From the human T2T-CHM13v2.0 reference genome, Homo sapiens, in NCBI RefSeq assembly GCF_009914755.1, contig NC_060926.1: a stretch of DNA of 64,000 nt. One strand, written 5' to 3'. Both the position numbers and the translations under genes were made by a program. Under the pieces are notes generated by a model. The model was not told the DNA's origin. It made no database searches and saw only the letters and a list, made by a program, of their open reading frames with translations. Position 1 is the stretch's first letter; each line of letters begins with the position of its first letter. Shown piece after piece: positions 60,655-64,000 of the stretch.

Positions 60655-60808
60655 CCATTAATAGTAACACTTCTTGACACCTACTCTATGAGAGTATCTA
60701 ACTCATCGAACCGTGTGAGGATTAAATCATTAATATCATATATTTAAAGCACCTAGAATACTGACTGGCACATAGTAAGTGCACACAGTAAGTAAATGTT
60801 AGCTGTAC
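60655..60808 (+). mobile_element. MIR
   Basis: tgtgaggattaaat...aaagcacctagaatactgactggcacatagtaagtgc. Confidence 0.7.
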
Positions 60809-60929
60809 TCTATAGTTAAGAAAAATTAGAAGTCCGTAACTATAGTATTAACTAATTACCCTTCCCCATCATTCAATTCTCAGTTGTTCATTCTGCTATT
60901 CCCTTTTTTTAGAAAAAAGTTTCTTGGTT

Positions 60930-61900
60930 TATGTCCTTGTTTAGGTGGAAAAGCTTTCACCATCTGAAAACTTCTTAAGAAAAGGTACATGGGAGATAAA
61001 CATTTTGAAATTGTACGTGTCTGGAATATATTTACCCCCACATTTGACTGCTAATTTGTATGTGTATGAGAATCTATGTTAGAAATAATTTTCTCTCAGC
61101 ATTTTATTTACTTATTTATTTAATTTATTTAGATACAGAGTCTCGCTCTATCACTCAGGTTGGAGTGCAGTGGTGCCATCTTGGCTCACTGAAACCTCCA
61201 GTTCCCAGGTTCAAGTGATTCTCATGCTTCAGCCTCCTGAGTATCTGGGATTACAGGTGACCACCACCACGCTTGGCTAATTTTTGTATTTTTTAGTAGA
61301 GATGGGATTTCAACAAGTTGGCCAGGCTGGTCTTGAACTCCTGTCCTCAAGTGATCCACTCACCTTGGCCAACTCAGAGTGGGATTACAGGTGTGAGCCA
61401 CTGCACCCAGCCTACTCTCAGCATTTTAAAGACATTATTCCATTGTCTTTCAGTTTCATGTGTTGCTACTGAGAAATCAGATGCCATTCCGATTCTGGAT
61501 CCTTTATGTGAAACCTTATTTCCTCCTGGGTACTTGTAAGATCTTCCCTATGTCCTCAGTCTTCTAAAGTTTTATCACAATGTTGCCTTGGTGTGGTTCT
61601 GGTTTTGTCCATTGCACTATGCTCAGTGAGCACTTTCAATGTGGAAATTCATGCTCTTTAGTTCTCAAAATATATAATTGAATTATTTAATTCATTTCTT
61701 CCCCTGTTTCCCAGATGTCCAAGGCTGGCTTTCTAATCTTCTTATCCTTTCTTATTTCTTTCCCTTCTCTTTGCCTTCTGTCTATGCATTCTAGGATATT
61801 TTCTAACTTTATCTTCTTAACATTCTACTCAGTTTTTTATTTTTGCTATCAGATTTTTAATTTAAAAGAGCTGTGTTTGGTTCTATGAGTGTTCCTTTTT
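60930..61900 (-). mobile_element. Old L1M fragment
   Basis: ttaaagacattattccattgtctttcag...gctactgagaaatc. Confidence 0.55.
61102..61412 (-). mobile_element. AluSx-like
   Basis: TSD ctctcagcatttta. Confidence 0.9.
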
Positions 61901-61904
61901 TAGG

Positions 61905-62072
61905 GTATTTATTTATTTACTTATTGAGATAGTGTCTCGCTATGTCACCCAGGCTAGAGTGCAGTGGCTGTTCACAGGTGTGGTCATAGCCTCAAACTCC
62001 TGGGCTCAAGTTGTCCTCCTGCCTCAGCCTACCAAGCAGCAGGGACTACAGGCTCATGTCATCGCACCCAGC
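61905..62072 (-). mobile_element. FAM-like (fossil Alu monomer)
   Basis: gtgcagtggctgttcacaggtgtggtcatagc is the 7SL/FAM-type segment. Confidence 0.7.
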
Positions 62073-62250
62073 TTTTCTGTTTTATTTGATCTTTCTCAGA
62101 GAAGATCAATAATAGATTTCTCAGTTTTCTTCTCCCCCTATACTCTTTTTCTTCCTTTTCTCTTTTTTCCTGTTAGCATGTTTTGGGTTCTGTTTTTAAT
62201 GTCAGATCCTTCCCCTACATTGTGATGACCTTCAGCTGCCTGCTCTTACT

Positions 62251-62476
62251 TAAGTGTGCCAGATTTAGCAACAAAAAGAAAGAAAAAAAAGACAGGACAT
62301 CTGGTTAAATTTGAATTTTAGATAAACAATGAATAATTTTTAGTATAAGTATGTCTCATGCAATATTTGGACATACTTATAGTACATAAGTATTTTATAT
62401 TTTAGTAAAACATTAATTGGTGTTTAACTGAAAATCAAATCTAACTAAGTGTCCTGTATTTTATCTCGCAACCCTA
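62251..62476. mobile_element. MER53 palindromic MITE
   Basis: tgccagatttagcaa...acaggac...tataagtatgtc/gacatacttata...gtcctgtattttatctcgcaacccta. Confidence 0.85.
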
Positions 62477-62779
62477 AGAGTGAGGTCTACAAAGCTGCCT
62501 GGAAGCCCTGAGTGCGTGTGTAAGTGGGTGGGGCTTGACAAGGGTGAGTTTACCAACAGGTTGCTCCAGTTTCATTGCATAAATGATTACATCTCTTCAG
62601 GTCTTTCCTCTTAGATTCCCCAAAGAAAAGTATTCCAAACTCTCCAGCCTGGTGAGTTTGAACTTGGCTGCCAGAGTTCTAGGAGCCAAGCGGGAAGAAT
62701 ACCAAGCAGCTCAGTAGGCATCATCTTAAGTTTCATATGGCTCTTCAATTTCAGTACAGTAGCCCTAGTCTTGTGTTAA

Positions 62780-63310
62780 TCTCATGGCCTTGATGAAAGA
62801 TGGCTGCAAATTCTTTGCACCCTCCCACCCCTCCCCACTCAGGGATGGAGCCTAATCCCCTTCCCTTAAATCTAGACTGGCCCTAGTGACTGGCATGATT
62901 TATAGAATGCAACAGAAATAATGTTCAACAGCTTCCAAGCGTGCATAAGAAGGCTTGTAACTTCTGCCTGGATGTCTTGGAGTAAACTTTCTGGAAACCC
63001 TGAGCCTCCATGAAGGAAATCTGACCCTGAGCCTGCCATGTGAAGGGGCATGTGTAGATGCTCTAGTTGACAGTGCCAGTTGAGACCAACCTTCCAGCTC
63101 TTCTTATCATGGTACCCAATATGTGAGTTCTCCAGACTGGCCCATCTGCCAGCTGGATAACACCAAGTGACCTTTCTTGATGCCAGGTGGAATAGAAGAA
63201 TTGCTCAGTTCAAATTCAGACCCACAAAATCATGAGATATAATGGTCACTGTTTTATGTAACCTTCAAGTGTTGGGATGGTTTTTTAGGCAGCCTTAGAT
63301 AACCAGAACA
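62780..63310 (+). mobile_element. MLT1 (E-G-like) LTR
   Basis: gatggctgcaaattctttg...gacccacaaaatcatgagatataat...tagataaccagaaca. Confidence 0.75.
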
Positions 63311-63742
63311 CCTCAACTACATCTGATGTCCCCATTCCAGAGAGCCACTGCATGATTCTTCAGAGAACATCCTTCCAATCATCCACCCTCGTGGAAGAGG
63401 GACCGTGGCCACTGTGCAGTGTTGGGAATGCTGACTGCTTCTTGTACAGACTTACAAGAAATCGTCTTGGGTTTAGTCTCACCTACACACCCACTTTCAG
63501 ACACATCCAGTGCAGCAAACTCTCCTATCCCGAGAAATCCTACTGTCATGTTGCTTCTCGGTTTTCCCTACTCCTGGTTTGGAAGTCGGCTTTCTGAGGT
63601 CTGTTAAGTCAGTTATCACCTGTCCACGTGCTTTCCAGGTTCCAAACTCTTATTATTTTTCCTCTCTTGTTCCCTTGTCCTTGTGAGATTTTTAAATTTT
63701 TTTTATTTAAAAAAGTGGTTTTTTTAGGGGGGTGGGGTGGGG

Positions 63743-64000
63743 ACAGAGTCTCACTCTGTCACCCAGGCTGGAGTGCAGAGGCATAGCTCACTGCAGCTTC
63801 AAACCCCTGGGCTCAAGTGATTTTCCTGCCTCAGCCTCCCCAGTAGCTGGGACTAGAGGCGTGCGTCACTAGGCTTGGCTAATTTTTTTTTTTTTTTTAA
63901 AGAGACACAGTGGGTGGGAGAGAGAGTCTCATTATGTTGCCCAGGCTGATCTCGAACTCCTGACCTCAAGCCATCCTCCCACCGCGGCCTTCCAACGTGC
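63743..64000 (-). mobile_element. AluJ running off the window end
   Basis: Reverse Alu with a short purine-rich insertion at ~63905-63925. Confidence 0.88.

Overview
This is primate (human-like) intronic or intergenic DNA dominated by interspersed repeats: about 50 Alu elements or fragments, several L1 pieces, a near-complete Tigger1, an old CR1/L3, L2/MIR remnants, hAT MITEs, and MaLR and ERV LTRs. I found no intact protein-coding exon; the ORF track mostly reflects Alu, L1, Tigger and microsatellite read-through. The one gene-derived feature is a 5'-truncated processed pseudogene of SLC25A6 (ANT3; C-terminus plus nearly the whole 3'UTR) on the minus strand at about 32.3-33.06 kb, and it keeps an unusual number of CpGs. 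The most notable unexplained structures are (1) a perfect 4x23-bp repeat carrying four GATA motifs beside a strong CTCF motif, (2) several local template-switch or templated-insertion scars (12.6, 37.8 and 49.6 kb), (3) an LTR / inverted integrase fragment / LTR arrangement at 58.6-59.9 kb, and (4) non-canonical Alu insertions. The sequence alone does not support a new multi-gene system. Repeat subfamily names come from recalled consensus sequences, not a search, and boundaries are approximate unless a target-site duplication (TSD) is given.
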